Shown here piece by piece: positions 9,998 to 21,000 of a stretch of 64,000 nucleotides of DNA. The stretch covers positions 26,937-90,936 of the forward strand of contig CAKPKJ010000001.1 of the NCBI GenBank assembly GCA_934167445.1, given 5' to 3'. Every line of letters begins with the position of its first letter. The stretch's first letter is position 1. A program made the translations under genes and the position numbers. A model generated the notes under the pieces. That model worked only from the letters and a program-made list of their open reading frames with translations, was not told the origin of the DNA and did no database searches. This DNA is from an uncultured Clostridia bacterium (GTDB lineage: Bacteria; Bacillota; Clostridia; TANB77; CAG-508).

Positions 9998-10321
9998 ATG
10001 ATCGAGCACGTTGAGCGGGAAACCAAGAGACTGAATGACCTTGGCATCGACTTTGATCTTTTTTTCACTACCAGTGGTAGTGACGGGACTGGAATTATAG
10101 TTTCCAAGGAAGCTTATGATAGCCAAAAAAACCGTGAGAAGATTAAGGAGGCAGGGTATTCGGAGTACAAAGAAGAAGGAGAGGAAGACAGCAAACCTTA
10201 TGGTCCTGCTAAGAAGCGTCGTTTTTGGATAGACGACAAGAAACTTGAGAAAAAGCTCAAGAAAGCAGGAATTACAGAGGTTCCAGTCTTTGATTCTCCC
10301 GAAACCATCAAGAAAGGTTAG
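9998..10321 (+). CDS. hypothetical protein in a higher-GC islet (about 45% GC against about 29% in flanks)
   Basis: Own -35/-10 (TTGAAT-17-TATAAT) and RBS AAGGAGG. Followed by a GC-rich stem plus T-run terminator. No recognisable domain. Confidence 0.55.
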   Translation: MIEHVERETKRLNDLGIDFDLFFTTSGSDGTGIIVSKEAYDSQKNREKIKEAGYSEYKEEGEEDSKPYGPAKKRRFWIDDKKLEKKLKKAGITEVPVFDSPETIKKG

Positions 10322-10435
10322 CCGTTTCCTGCTAGACCACCAAAGCCGACTCTAAAATTAGAGCCGGCTTCTTTTTTTATAAAGTGAGAGAAAAAAATTT
10401 CAATAACAATTAAATAATAGTTAACGATTTAACTA

Positions 10436-11818
10436 TTATTTTACAAGCATTGGACCAATTTCAGTAACTGTTCCAGCACCAATAGTTATAACAATATCAT
10501 CTTCTTGAACATTATTTTTTACATATTTAACACATTCATCAAAATCAGGTATATATAGAGCTTTTTTGCCTAAAGAGTTAATCTTATCAGCTAAATCTTT
10601 AGAAGAAATATTATAAGTATTAGTTTCTCTTGCTGCATAAATATCTAAAATAATAATATTGTCAAATTCTTTTAAAGCATCAGCAAAATCATTTAGTAAC
10701 AATTTAGTTCTGCTATATGTATGTGGTTGAAAAATTGCCCAAGAATGGTTATATTTTTTATTTTTTAAAGAATTATATGTTGCTTTAATTTCAGTTGGAT
10801 GATGAGCGTAGTCATCATATACACTAACATTATTGCTAATTTTTCCTTTAAATTCAAATCTTCTATGTGCACCAGTAAAGTTAATTAAAGCATCTTGAAT
10901 ATCTTTTTTAGAAATTCCGTATTCTGTAGATATTGCAGTACAGGCTAATGCATTTAAAACATTATGAATTCCAGGAACAGATAGTTTTAATTTCATAAAA
11001 AATTCTCCACCATAATAAACATCAAATTCAGGAAAACCATCGTTATCAAATACAATATTTTTGGCTATAAAATCAGCTTTTTCATTTTTAATACCATAAG
11101 TAATTGATTTTGCATTAGTATATTTGCGTAAATCTAAACAATTTGAGTCATCACCATTAACAATTAATAAACCATCATCAGGTAATAGTTTGGTATATTT
11201 TATAAAAGCTTTTTTTATGTTGTCAAAATTTTTAAAATAATCTAAGTGGTCATTATCAATATCAAGAATGATCTCAGCTTTTGGACTAAATTTTAAGAAA
11301 CTCTCAACATATTCACAAGCTTCAATAATAAAATGTTCACTATTTCCAACTCTGTAATTACCGTTTAAAGGTTTTAACATAGCACCAACTTGAATGCTTG
11401 GATCTTTTAGTGCATCTAAGAAGCATAAAGAAATCATTGATGTTGTAGTTGTCTTACCATGTGTACCAGAAACACAAATGGTGTCTTGATAACAACGAGT
11501 AATTTCACCAAGAAAATCAGCTCTTTCAATTGTAGGAATATTAAGCTTTTTTGCTTCAACCATTTCTGGATCAGTTGGTTTTATTGCAGCAGAATAAACT
11601 ACCACATCAGAATTGGCAACATCCTCAATACTATGACCGATAACTACTTTAATTCCTTTAGTTCTTAAGAGTTGAACAGCCTCTGACTCAGAAGCATCAG
11701 AACCAGTTACATTAAACCCCCAATTTTTTAGAATTGCAGCAATTCCACTCATACTAATTCCACCAATTCCAATCATATGTATATTTTTATATTTTTTAAT
11801 ATGTTCTATATTTGGCAT
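10436..11818 (-). CDS. murC: UDP-N-acetylmuramate--L-alanine ligase
   Basis: MIGIGGISMSGIAAIL and GTHGKTTTTSMI motifs. Start chosen at MPNIEH, which follows a GGAGGAGTG RBS; the longer ORF extends upstream without an RBS. Confidence 0.85.
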   Translation of the reverse strand: MPNIEHIKKYKNIHMIGIGGISMSGIAAILKNWGFNVTGSDASESEAVQLLRTKGIKVVIGHSIEDVANSDVVVYSAAIKPTDPEMVEAKKLNIPTIERADFLGEITRCYQDTICVSGTHGKTTTTSMISLCFLDALKDPSIQVGAMLKPLNGNYRVGNSEHFIIEACEYVESFLKFSPKAEIILDIDNDHLDYFKNFDNIKKAFIKYTKLLPDDGLLIVNGDDSNCLDLRKYTNAKSITYGIKNEKADFIAKNIVFDNDGFPEFDVYYGGEFFMKLKLSVPGIHNVLNALACTAISTEYGISKKDIQDALINFTGAHRRFEFKGKISNNVSVYDDYAHHPTEIKATYNSLKNKKYNHSWAIFQPHTYSRTKLLLNDFADALKEFDNIIILDIYAARETNTYNISSKDLADKINSLGKKALYIPDFDECVKYVKNNVQEDDIVITIGAGTVTEIGPMLVK

Positions 11819-12058
11819 AAAACTCACTCCTCCGTATAATATAGCATTATATAATTTTATATTAAAAAATTCAATAGTTTGAGACAATTTATAGTCTATT
11901 ATATGAAAAAAAATATATAATGTTAAAATAGTAAAAATAAAATTCAAAAAAATGTAAAAAAAAGAAGGAAAAAATTTTTTTATGAAGAATAATATAATTG
12001 TACATAAAAAAGCAATGTGTACAAATATTTAACATAAGGAAGGCAGGTGCATTAAACA

Positions 12059-12331
12059 ATGCAAATCACAGATGTACGTTTAAGAAAAGTAAATTCAGAG
12101 AACAGAATGAAAGCTGTTGCTTCTGTAACATTCGATAACGAATTCGCAGTTCACGATATCAAAGTTATCGAAAGCCAAAATGGATTATTCATAGCTATGC
12201 CAAGCAGAAAAACTCCAAACGGAGAATTCAAAGATATAGCTCATCCAATTAATGCTGAAACAAGAGAGAAGATTCAAAAAGCTATCTTAGAAGCTTATGA
12301 AGCTCCAGAAACAGAAGAATCAGCAGAATAA
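12059..12331 (+). CDS. spoVG: septation protein SpoVG
   Basis: [11 protein letters not shown]...[20 protein letters not shown] is the canonical SpoVG sequence. Confidence 0.9.
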   Translation: MQITDVRLRKVNSENRMKAVASVTFDNEFAVHDIKVIESQNGLFIAMPSRKTPNGEFKDIAHPINAETREKIQKAILEAYEAPETEESAE

Positions 12332-12343
12332 TATAAAGGCCAA

Positions 12344-12368
12344 AAAAGCACTTTTAGTGCTTTTTTTG
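12344..12368 (+). terminator. rho-independent terminator after spoVG
   Basis: AAAAGCAC/GTGCTTTT stem followed by a T-run. Confidence 0.6.
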
Positions 12369-12439
12369 TTTGAAAAACTTGAAAATAAGTAAAAAACAAT
12401 GTAAAATATTATAGATATAAAAGAAAAGAGGAAAATGTA

Positions 12440-12997
12440 ATGTTTTTAATTGCTGGACTAGGAAATCCTGAGGAAGATTATAGTAATACTAGACATAATA
12501 TGGGATTTGATACAATAAATAAACTAGCTCTCCAATATAATATTAAATTAGACAAGAAAAAATACAAAGGGCTATGTGGAAAAGGCATTATAGAAAATGA
12601 AAAAGTTATACTATTAAAGCCACAAACATTTATGAATTTAAGTGGAGAAAGTATAAAAGAGGCAATGAACTTCTACAAAGTTCGAAGTGAAAATTTAATA
12701 GTAGTTTATGATGATATAGATATTGAACCAGGAATAATTAAAATAAGAAAAAAAGGTGGACCAGGTGGGCACAATGGAATGAAATCAGTTATTTCAGAGA
12801 TAAAAAGTGAAAATTTTCCAAGAATACGTATAGGTATCGGAAAACCGGAAAGAAAAGGTCAATTAATAGAATATGTAATCGGTTCTGTATCAGAAGCTGA
12901 TAGAAAAATTTTAGATAGTGCAACAACCAAAGGAAAAGACGCAATAATAGAAATTCTAAAAAATGGTGTAGATATTGCAATGAATAAATTTAATTAA
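12440..12997 (+). CDS. pth: peptidyl-tRNA hydrolase
   Basis: MFLIAGLGNPEEDYSNTRHNMGF matches the Pth N-terminus. Confidence 0.9.
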   Translation: MFLIAGLGNPEEDYSNTRHNMGFDTINKLALQYNIKLDKKKYKGLCGKGIIENEKVILLKPQTFMNLSGESIKEAMNFYKVRSENLIVVYDDIDIEPGIIKIRKKGGPGGHNGMKSVISEIKSENFPRIRIGIGKPERKGQLIEYVIGSVSEADRKILDSATTKGKDAIIEILKNGVDIAMNKFN

Positions 12998-13022
12998 AGC
13001 AAAAAGAAAGAGGAAAGATATA

Positions 13023-14210
13023 ATGACAGAAATATTTGTACAAAAAAGTAGTGAAAGAAGAGAAATCGCTCTTTTAGAAAACGAAAAGTTAATAGAATAT
13101 TATGAGGAAACAGAAAATTCAAATAGAAGTGAAGGAAATATTTATATTGGAATTGTAAGAGATATTGTAAAAGGAATGGAAGCAGCATTTGTAGATATAG
13201 GAACAGAAAAAAATAGTTTTATTCATGTAAAAGATATTTTACCCAAAATAGATGAAACTAAAGAACATCAAGAAAAAAGTACAGATATTTCTAAAATAAT
13301 AAAACCCAAACAAAAAATATTAGTTCAAGTAAAAAAAGATAGTAACTCTAAAAAAGGTGCTAGAGTATCAACACACATAAATTTGCCAAGCAAATATATT
13401 GTATTGATGCCAAACACTGATATTGTTACTGTTTCTCAAAAAATTGAAGATGAAAAAGAACAGAAAAGATTAATAAAATTAGTAAAAGAAAATTTAAGTG
13501 AAGGAAATGGAGCAATAATAAGAACATTAGCTAAAGGAAAAGAAAAAGAAATTATAGATGATATAAAAAAAGTAGAAAATCAATGGCAAAAAATTATTCA
13601 AACAAGCATAAATCCAAAATGTAACAAAGCAGAGTTATTATATAAAAGTGAAGATATTCTTGAAAAAATTTTGATGGATTTAATGGATGAAAATATAAGT
13701 AGAATAGTTGTAAATAGCAAAGAGGAAAGAGATAGAATAAATAAACTAACAAAGGAAAATAAAGAATATCAAAATATCCCAATAGAAGTACAAAAGAAAA
13801 AAGATATTTTAGAAATATATGATATACGAAAACAACAAAAAAAAGCTCAAAATAGAAAAGTATGGTTAAAATGCGGAGGATTTATTACAATTGATAAAAC
13901 AGAAGCATTAACAGCTATAGATGTAAATACGGGGAAATTCACTGGAAACAATAATGACTTACAATCAACGATATTAAAAGTGAATAAAGAAGCAACAATA
14001 GAAATTGCAAAACAAATGCGTTTAAGAGATATTGGTGGAATAATAATAATAGATTATATAGATATGAAAAGAAATAAAGACAAAGAAGAAATTCTAAAAT
14101 TGATGAAAGAAGCATTAAAAAAAGACAGAACCAAAACACAAGTAGAAGGGTTTACAAAGCTAGATTTAATGGAACTTACAAGAAAACATATTTGTAGTCA
14201 TAAGGAGTAA
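13023..14210 (+). CDS. rng: RNase E/G-family ribonuclease (short form)
   Basis: S1-like N-terminus GNIYIGIVRDIVKGMEAAFVDIG and a catalytic core ending around DIGGIIIIDYIDM. Confidence 0.7.
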   Translation: MTEIFVQKSSERREIALLENEKLIEYYEETENSNRSEGNIYIGIVRDIVKGMEAAFVDIGTEKNSFIHVKDILPKIDETKEHQEKSTDISKIIKPKQKILVQVKKDSNSKKGARVSTHINLPSKYIVLMPNTDIVTVSQKIEDEKEQKRLIKLVKENLSEGNGAIIRTLAKGKEKEIIDDIKKVENQWQKIIQTSINPKCNKAELLYKSEDILEKILMDLMDENISRIVVNSKEERDRINKLTKENKEYQNIPIEVQKKKDILEIYDIRKQQKKAQNRKVWLKCGGFITIDKTEALTAIDVNTGKFTGNNNDLQSTILKVNKEATIEIAKQMRLRDIGGIIIIDYIDMKRNKDKEEILKLMKEALKKDRTKTQVEGFTKLDLMELTRKHICSHKE

Positions 14211-14216
14211 TATAAA

Positions 14217-15575
14217 ATGAATGTAGGATTTATATCGCTAGGATGTAGTAAAAATTTAATAGATACAGAAGTTACAATTGGAAAATTTAAAGAACATAAA
14301 TTTACAATAGTAAATGATGCTACAAATGCAGATATTATTGTAGTAAACACATGTGGATTTATTGATTCAGCTAAAGAGGAAGCAATACAAACTTTATTGG
14401 AAATGGCGGATTTAAAACAAGGAAGATGTAAATATTTAATAGCAATGGGATGCTTAGTACAAAGGTATTATGAAGATTTAAAAAAGTCAATGCCAGAAGT
14501 TGATTTGTGGATAAAACTGGATGAATATGATCACCTATGGGATAAAATAGAAGATTTGGTAAAAAGAGATATTATTAAAGAATCAAAAACTAAGTCAAGC
14601 AAACAAATAACAAAAATACCGAAAATGCCAATGTTTGAACAATATGATTTTATGAATAAAACAGTAACAACAGGAAAAAATTTTGCATATCTGAAAATTG
14701 GAGAAGGTTGTAGCAATAGATGCACATATTGTGCAATTCCATATATCAGAGGACCATTTGTTAGTCGAAAAGAAGAAGATATTATAGAGGAAGCAAAAAA
14801 ACTTGCAGAAGATGGCATAAAAGAATTAATTGTTATAGCACAAGATACAACGAAATATGGTGAAGATATTTATGGAGAAAATAAATTAGCAGAATTATTA
14901 AAAAAATTAAGCGAAATAGAAGAAATAAAGTGGATTAGATTTTTATATTCATACCCAGAGGGAATAACAGATAATTTGATAGACGAAGTTGCAAGCAATC
15001 CTAAAATTGCTAAATATTTTGATATTCCAATACAACATATATCAGATGTAGTACTAAAAAGAATGAACAGAAGAACAAATAAAAAACAAATAACAAATTT
15101 AATCAGAAAAATCAGAAAAGCAATACCGAATGTAACAATTAGGACGACTTTAATTGTAGGCTTTCCAGGGGAGACAAAAGAAGATTTTCAAGAATTATTA
15201 GACTTTGTAAAAGAAGCAAAATTTGATAAACTAGGAGCATTCCAATATTCAAAAGAAGAAGGAACCCCAGCTGCTAAATTACCAAATCAAATACATGGAA
15301 ATACTAAAAAATCAAGGTATAATAAAATAATGTTAGAACAACAAAAAATTTCAAAAGAGATATTAAAAAGCAAAATAGGAAAAACATATGAAGTTTTAAT
15401 TGAAGAAATGTCTTTTGATAATAGTTTTTATATAGGAAGAACAATGCAAGATGTTCCTGAAATAGATGGTATTGTTTATATTAAAAATAAGACACAAAAA
15501 AATCTTATAAATAGTTTTGCAAAATGTAAAGTAGTAGATGTAAAAGACTATGACTTAATTGCAGAACTTATATAA
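14217..15575 (+). CDS. rimO: radical-SAM methylthiotransferase, RimO-like
   Basis: N-terminal MTTase domain with VVNTCGF. Radical-SAM CSNRCTYC motif. C-terminal TRAM-like domain. Confidence 0.7.
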   Translation: MNVGFISLGCSKNLIDTEVTIGKFKEHKFTIVNDATNADIIVVNTCGFIDSAKEEAIQTLLEMADLKQGRCKYLIAMGCLVQRYYEDLKKSMPEVDLWIKLDEYDHLWDKIEDLVKRDIIKESKTKSSKQITKIPKMPMFEQYDFMNKTVTTGKNFAYLKIGEGCSNRCTYCAIPYIRGPFVSRKEEDIIEEAKKLAEDGIKELIVIAQDTTKYGEDIYGENKLAELLKKLSEIEEIKWIRFLYSYPEGITDNLIDEVASNPKIAKYFDIPIQHISDVVLKRMNRRTNKKQITNLIRKIRKAIPNVTIRTTLIVGFPGETKEDFQELLDFVKEAKFDKLGAFQYSKEEGTPAAKLPNQIHGNTKKSRYNKIMLEQQKISKEILKSKIGKTYEVLIEEMSFDNSFYIGRTMQDVPEIDGIVYIKNKTQKNLINSFAKCKVVDVKDYDLIAELI

Positions 15576-15641
15576 ATTCTGATTACTTATGTTGCAGATA
15601 TATAGCAACAAAAAATAAATGCAAAGAGGTAATGATGTTAA

Positions 15642-16856
15642 ATGAGAGTATATTTGAGTGATAAAGAGTTGGCAGAAATAACTGTCAAACAAGGAAAAGA
15701 TGCACATATGTTTGAATATTATATAGGAAGCATAAAAATAGGTGTGTTAGATGAACGAGTAATGCAAAATAATATACTAATGTTAGATGCAGTAAAAGAC
15801 AAATATGTTGCAGAAAAAATTGAAAAAGCAATAGATTCTATGCCAAGAGAAAATATACTACAAGAAATTCAAGAAGATAAAGATATTGAAGATTATATAA
15901 ATAAAAAGTATGGAGAAATTGAAAAAGTTCAAAATGTTAGAAAGATTGATCTTGATAAAGAAATAGAAAATGAGAAAAAAGTAAAAAAATCTGAAAAAGA
16001 TAAAAAAACCACAACAAAACCAGCAATAAAGCAAAGTGTAAAATTAGATGAAAGAGCAAATGATGTAAGCTCGATGAGAAGATGGCTAGGAGGAAATATC
16101 CCAGCAGAATTTGATAGGATTGGTGTGGTAGAAAGCTCAGATATGAAAGAATATGGTGGAAAAAACACAACAAGATATTCATTGGTATTAATGGATAAAG
16201 ACGGAAATATAGAACCAGCTGAAAAATATCTACCACAATTAAAACAAAGGACAACAAGAGGCAACAATCCTACAAAAGAAAGCTATCAAGTAAGAACAGA
16301 TGGAAAAGTTGAACAAGATGCAGTACTTAGTGAATACCAGATGGGTGATAAAATAATTCAATTGGACAATAAGCAATATGGAAGAATTAGCTTGGAAATA
16401 GGAAAAGAAGCAAGAAATTCCACAGAGACTGTTTCTCAAGAAGTAAGAGGAGAAAATACATTATTTGCAACAAGTAAGACTCAAAGGAGTGTAATAGGGG
16501 AATATAAAGAAAATGGGGAAGATACTGTAGAAGAAAATATTAAAGAAGCAGATGCGCATAAAAAAGAAAACCCAGAATGTGAAGAACTTAGAACAGAAGA
16601 TATAGATGGAGATGCAACTACACAATCACATACACATAACGAAATTATCTTAGAGGACGGAAGTAAAATATCTTTTGAAAGATTAGCGGTAAGATGGGGA
16701 TTGTTTGATGATAATGGACAACCAGATATTGAAAATGCGAAAACAAAATATTTAGAAAAATGCGAAGAAAAAGTAGATGCAAGTCCAGAACAAATAATAG
16801 ATGAACTAGATGAAGAGCTAGATGACCCAAGAGCAGTAGAGACTAGAAGAAGATAA
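15642..16856 (+). CDS. hypothetical acidic, Lys/Glu-rich protein
   Basis: 404-aa ORF with no recognisable domain. RBS AGAGGTAATGATG. Confidence 0.5.
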   Translation: MRVYLSDKELAEITVKQGKDAHMFEYYIGSIKIGVLDERVMQNNILMLDAVKDKYVAEKIEKAIDSMPRENILQEIQEDKDIEDYINKKYGEIEKVQNVRKIDLDKEIENEKKVKKSEKDKKTTTKPAIKQSVKLDERANDVSSMRRWLGGNIPAEFDRIGVVESSDMKEYGGKNTTRYSLVLMDKDGNIEPAEKYLPQLKQRTTRGNNPTKESYQVRTDGKVEQDAVLSEYQMGDKIIQLDNKQYGRISLEIGKEARNSTETVSQEVRGENTLFATSKTQRSVIGEYKENGEDTVEENIKEADAHKKENPECEELRTEDIDGDATTQSHTHNEIILEDGSKISFERLAVRWGLFDDNGQPDIENAKTKYLEKCEEKVDASPEQIIDELDEELDDPRAVETRRR

Positions 16857-16939
16857 AACATATAAAGTAAAATATTGCCAAGTAAAAATTTAAGTGATAT
16901 AATGAAAAAGTACAAAAGGTAAATTGAAGAGGTGGAAAG

Positions 16940-17275
16940 ATGACAACATTACTTGCACTAATATATATATTAATATTTGTTATATTTGCATTAGTTGCAT
17001 ATGCAGTTTTGCAAATAAAATTATTTGGTATGAAAGTAAAAGATTTTTGGTCTTTTATAGAAGCAAACCAAATGTTAGATAAATTATCAAAATTTGCAAA
17101 ACAATATGAAAATATGTCACCACAAGAGCAAATTATATATTTAGCGGAAGCGGAAAAGATATTTAAAGCATTTGACAATGTTCCAAATGAATTGTGGGAA
17201 GAAGAGTATCAAAAATATAAAGAAGTTTTAAATAAATATCAAGACATAAAAATGTTAAGATGGGCTCAAAAATAA
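16940..17275 (+). CDS. small membrane protein
   Basis: RBS GAGGTGG. Single N-terminal transmembrane helix. Confidence 0.45.
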   Translation: MTTLLALIYILIFVIFALVAYAVLQIKLFGMKVKDFWSFIEANQMLDKLSKFAKQYENMSPQEQIIYLAEAEKIFKAFDNVPNELWEEEYQKYKEVLNKYQDIKMLRWAQK

Positions 17276-17285
17276 TTTTTATATA

Positions 17286-17325
17286 AAAAAGAAACCTATA
17301 ATAAATTTTATATAGGTTTCTTTTT
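17286..17325. terminator. bidirectional terminator between convergent genes
   Basis: Perfect 15-bp inverted repeat AAAAAGAAACCTATA/TATAGGTTTCTTTTT with A/T runs on both sides. Confidence 0.6.
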
Positions 17326-17335
17326 TGCAATATTA

Positions 17336-17872
17336 TTAAAATTTTATTATTAATAAACTCATAAGAGCATATGTATAACGAATTGCCTTTTTCATAAATA
17401 ATCGTGATTTTAGAATGTCAAAAGATTCTGATAATGCACAATATTTATCTACAAAAGTTAATATAAATCCTTCAATAGATTTGGGAAATTCAATAGTAAC
17501 TGGCCACATATGTTTAATAATAATATCTTTTTCTTTTTCATTTAAATCAAATAGTTTACAAGCATTTTTGCAAGCTGTTTGACCATGTGTAAAAGCATGA
17601 AGTCCCTTTCTATCTGGTTGACGTACTCTCCAATCATATAAAAATAAATCGTGTAACATAGCAGCTCTAGCAGCAGATTTATAATCCAAATGGTATTTTT
17701 TACAGATTAGGTAACAATAATATGCGGCACAGTAGCAGTGCTCAAAACATGATGTTTCATAATGCTGCTTGTATTTTTTCATTTCTTGAACTGTTGAGTT
17801 AGATATTAATGGCTTTATAATTTGTTGAAATTCATCATCTTTTTCACTAAGTTCTTTTATATATTCTTTCAT
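17336..17872 (-). CDS. HD-domain phosphohydrolase-like protein
   Basis: MLHDLFLYDW and HAFTHGQTA look like His/Asp metal-ligand motifs. Confidence 0.5.
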   Translation of the reverse strand: MKEYIKELSEKDDEFQQIIKPLISNSTVQEMKKYKQHYETSCFEHCYCAAYYCYLICKKYHLDYKSAARAAMLHDLFLYDWRVRQPDRKGLHAFTHGQTACKNACKLFDLNEKEKDIIIKHMWPVTIEFPKSIEGFILTFVDKYCALSESFDILKSRLFMKKAIRYTYALMSLLIIKF

Positions 17873-18071
17873 TAGAAATTCCTCTCTTGTTAAATAAGAC
17901 TAATATATTTTATGCACTTCTTTTCAATTATAACACATAATGATTACAAAAAACAACAAAAAATATAATAAATTTTAATCAAAATATTGCATTAATTATC
18001 CAACAATAGTATAATAAGAAATGTAGCATAATAATATTAAACAGAATATTATTAAAAAGAGAGGTAGAAAA

Positions 18072-19337
18072 ATGGATTATTTATATATACTAAGAGAAGC
18101 TCTAGTATGGATTATAACAATATTTTGGCTATATCAAGTATTGGTAAGTCTATGTTCATTAGTAAAAATTAAAGACAAACCATTAAAAGTAAAAAAAGAT
18201 CATAGATTTATGGCAATAATACCGGCGCATAATGAAGAAGCGGTTGTAGGAAATTTGGTAGAAAGTTTAAAAGCCCAAAATTATAACAAAGATTTATATG
18301 ATATATATGTAATTGCTGATAATTGCACAGATAATACTGCAAAAGTTGCAAAAGAAGCAGGAGCAATAGTTTATGAAAGATTTAATAATAGCAAAAAAAC
18401 AAAAGGATATGCATTAGACTGGTTTTTACAACAAAAAATAAAAGAAGATGCTCCATATGATGCGTTTTTCGTATTTGATGCAGATAATATAGTAGATCCA
18501 AATTTTATTAAAAATATGAATGTTAAATTATGCCAAGGTGAAGATGTAGTACAAGGATACAGAGACATAAAAAATCCAACAGATAGTTGGGTTACTGCAG
18601 GATATGCTTTGTTCTATTGGACAATGCACAGATTTTATCATTTAGCAAGATATAATTTAGGATTATCACCATTATTAAATGGTACAGGTTTTATGGTAAG
18701 ATTTGATGTTATAAAACCACAAGGTTGGGACACTTTAACATTAACAGAAGATATTGAATTCTCATTAAAAAGAATAATAAAAGGTAAAAAATTAGGTTGG
18801 GCAACAGATGCAATAGTATATGATGAACAACCAGTAGGATTTAAACAAAGTTGGTCACAAAGAAGCAGATGGACAGTAGGACATATGCAATGTATAAAAG
18901 AATATACTAAACAATTAGCAGTTGCAGCTAAAGAGAAGAAAACAATGATGAATTTTGATGGATTATTATATATAGTTGGAAGTATTCCAATGTTTATAAT
19001 AACAATAGTTTTATTATTAACAAACTTTTTAATGTATGGTGCTAAAGAAATGACAGAAATGGAATTAATAATAAATATTTTAAGGTTTGCTATACCAACA
19101 TTCCTATTACCAATAGGAACAGCAGTAATTGCAATGTATTTAGATAGAAGACCAATAAAACCAATGCTAAAAGGATTAGCATGTTATCCATTATTTATGG
19201 GATCATGGCTATTGATAAACTTTAAATGTTTATTTAAAAGAGAAACAACTTGGGAAAAAATCAATCACGTTCGTGATATTAAAATTGCAGATGCTGGATT
19301 ACAAGTAGAACCAACAATGCAAGAAGGACAAAACTAG
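18072..19337 (+). CDS. membrane glycosyltransferase family 2, processive synthase type (PgaC/IcaA/NodC-like)
   Basis: N-terminal transmembrane helix. DxD (FDADN) and QRSRW motifs. Four C-terminal transmembrane helices. Confidence 0.75.
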   Translation: MDYLYILREALVWIITIFWLYQVLVSLCSLVKIKDKPLKVKKDHRFMAIIPAHNEEAVVGNLVESLKAQNYNKDLYDIYVIADNCTDNTAKVAKEAGAIVYERFNNSKKTKGYALDWFLQQKIKEDAPYDAFFVFDADNIVDPNFIKNMNVKLCQGEDVVQGYRDIKNPTDSWVTAGYALFYWTMHRFYHLARYNLGLSPLLNGTGFMVRFDVIKPQGWDTLTLTEDIEFSLKRIIKGKKLGWATDAIVYDEQPVGFKQSWSQRSRWTVGHMQCIKEYTKQLAVAAKEKKTMMNFDGLLYIVGSIPMFIITIVLLLTNFLMYGAKEMTEMELIINILRFAIPTFLLPIGTAVIAMYLDRRPIKPMLKGLACYPLFMGSWLLINFKCLFKRETTWEKINHVRDIKIADAGLQVEPTMQEGQN

Positions 19338-19396
19338 ATTAGACAATTAAATTGTAAAATAATTTTAATTAAAAATATCACTAAAAAATCATTGGA

Positions 19397-19438
19397 AATA
19401 GAGATTTTATAAAATTATAAAAATCTCTATTTTTTTTG
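19397..19438 (+). terminator. rho-independent terminator after the GT2 gene
   Basis: AAATAGAGATTTT/AAAATCTCTATTT stem followed by T8. Confidence 0.55.
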
Positions 19439-19533
19439 AAGATTTAATGTTATAATATGGAACATATAAATATTAACTAAAAGCAAAAAATAAGTTTTTA
19501 GAATTTTAAATTAGGAAAGGAACGAAATAAAAA

Positions 19534-21000
19534 ATGAAAGAAAAAACAATGCAATATTTAAAAGAAAATTGGCTATTTATTGCAATAATTTTAATCGGAA
19601 CAATATTCTTATTAATACCAGCATTTCACAGCAATATATGGTTTGACGAATCATACAGCGTGGCAATTGCAAATCATTCATTTAGCGAAATTTGGACAAT
19701 TGGCTCACATGATGTTCATCCGATTTTATATTATTGGATGCTAAAAGTAATAAATTTAATATTTGGCCAAAATATAATAGTGTATAGGATATTTTCAGCA
19801 TTAGGAATAGTAACACTAGGAGTAATAGGATTAACACACATAAAAAAAGATTTTGGAAAAACAACAGGTTTGTTATTTACATTTTTTAGCTTCTTTTTAC
19901 CTGCAATGCTAAATTATGCAATAGAAATAAGAATGTATTCTTGGACAATAGTTTTTGTAACATTAATGGCAATTTATTTACGTAGATTTATAAAAAATAA
20001 AGACTTTAAAAATGCATTATTATTTGGAATATTTAGTATAATAAGTTGTTATATGCATTATTATGCACTAGTTACAGCTGGAATAATCAATTTAGGGTTA
20101 ATAATATATGTAATAGTAAAAAGAAAAGAATTTTCAAAAGATATAATAAAGAAATTTGCTATAATAGAAGTAGCACAAGTAGTTTTATATTTACCATGGC
20201 TAGTTGTGTTTATAATGCAAGCATTAAGAGTTGGATCAGGTTTTTGGATAACAATTGAATTTCCACAAATATTAATTGATATATTAAATTTCCAATATAA
20301 AGGAAGTCAAGAACAATTAATACCAACAATATTTTCAATAGCATTATATGCATATGTTTTATACATAATAATAAAGAATATAAGAAAAAAAGAAGATATT
20401 AAAGAAGGATTGATACCATTAGGCATATATGTATTAGTGATAATTATAATGGCATTAGTTTCAAGAATAACACCTATTTTATATGCTAGATATTTATTTA
20501 CGATAACAGGATTATTAATGTTTTCAATTTGCTATTTTATGTCCAAGGAAAACAATAAATTTATTATTGGATTAATATGTGGAGCAATTATGATAATGTC
20601 AATTAGTAATTTAATATATAACGTAAAGGCTAATTATGATAAATCAAATGAAGAACCAATAAAATATTTAAAAGAAGTTTTAAAACCAGAGGATGTAATA
20701 ATTTATTCAGATATGGGAAATGGTGGAGTAGCAGCAACAAAGTTAAGTGAAAATAAACAGTATTTTATCAATTTGGGAAAATGGTCAATAGAAGAAGCTT
20801 ATAAAGCATATGCACCACAAATGGGAGTGACAGAAAATATAGAAGAAGCTGTCAAAGATACAAAAGGAAGAATAGTTATTGTAGAAGGAAATTCAACGTT
20901 GTATGATAAAATGAAAGACAAATATAAAACAATATCAACTAAAAAATTTGAAACAAAATACCATGATTATGTATATAATGTAATTGTTTTAGAAAAATGA
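19534..21000 (+). CDS. GT-C fold polytopic glycosyltransferase (PMT/ArnT-like)
   Basis: About 12 transmembrane helices. An early periplasmic-loop motif WFDESYS resembles the DE motif of the PMT_2 family. Confidence 0.6.
   Translation: MKEKTMQYLKENWLFIAIILIGTIFLLIPAFHSNIWFDESYSVAIANHSFSEIWTIGSHDVHPILYYWMLKVINLIFGQNIIVYRIFSALGIVTLGVIGLTHIKKDFGKTTGLLFTFFSFFLPAMLNYAIEIRMYSWTIVFVTLMAIYLRRFIKNKDFKNALLFGIFSIISCYMHYYALVTAGIINLGLIIYVIVKRKEFSKDIIKKFAIIEVAQVVLYLPWLVVFIMQALRVGSGFWITIEFPQILIDILNFQYKGSQEQLIPTIFSIALYAYVLYIIIKNIRKKEDIKEGLIPLGIYVLVIIIMALVSRITPILYARYLFTITGLLMFSICYFMSKENNKFIIGLICGAIMIMSISNLIYNVKANYDKSNEEPIKYLKEVLKPEDVIIYSDMGNGGVAATKLSENKQYFINLGKWSIEEAYKAYAPQMGVTENIEEAVKDTKGRIVIVEGNSTLYDKMKDKYKTISTKKFETKYHDYVYNVIVLEK

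Noticed and set aside
16481-16915. Minus-strand ORF with a poly-Ser tract
   Set aside because: It is antisense to a well-supported plus-strand gene. Poly-Ser comes from the complement of GA-rich Glu/Asp/Lys codons. No RBS.
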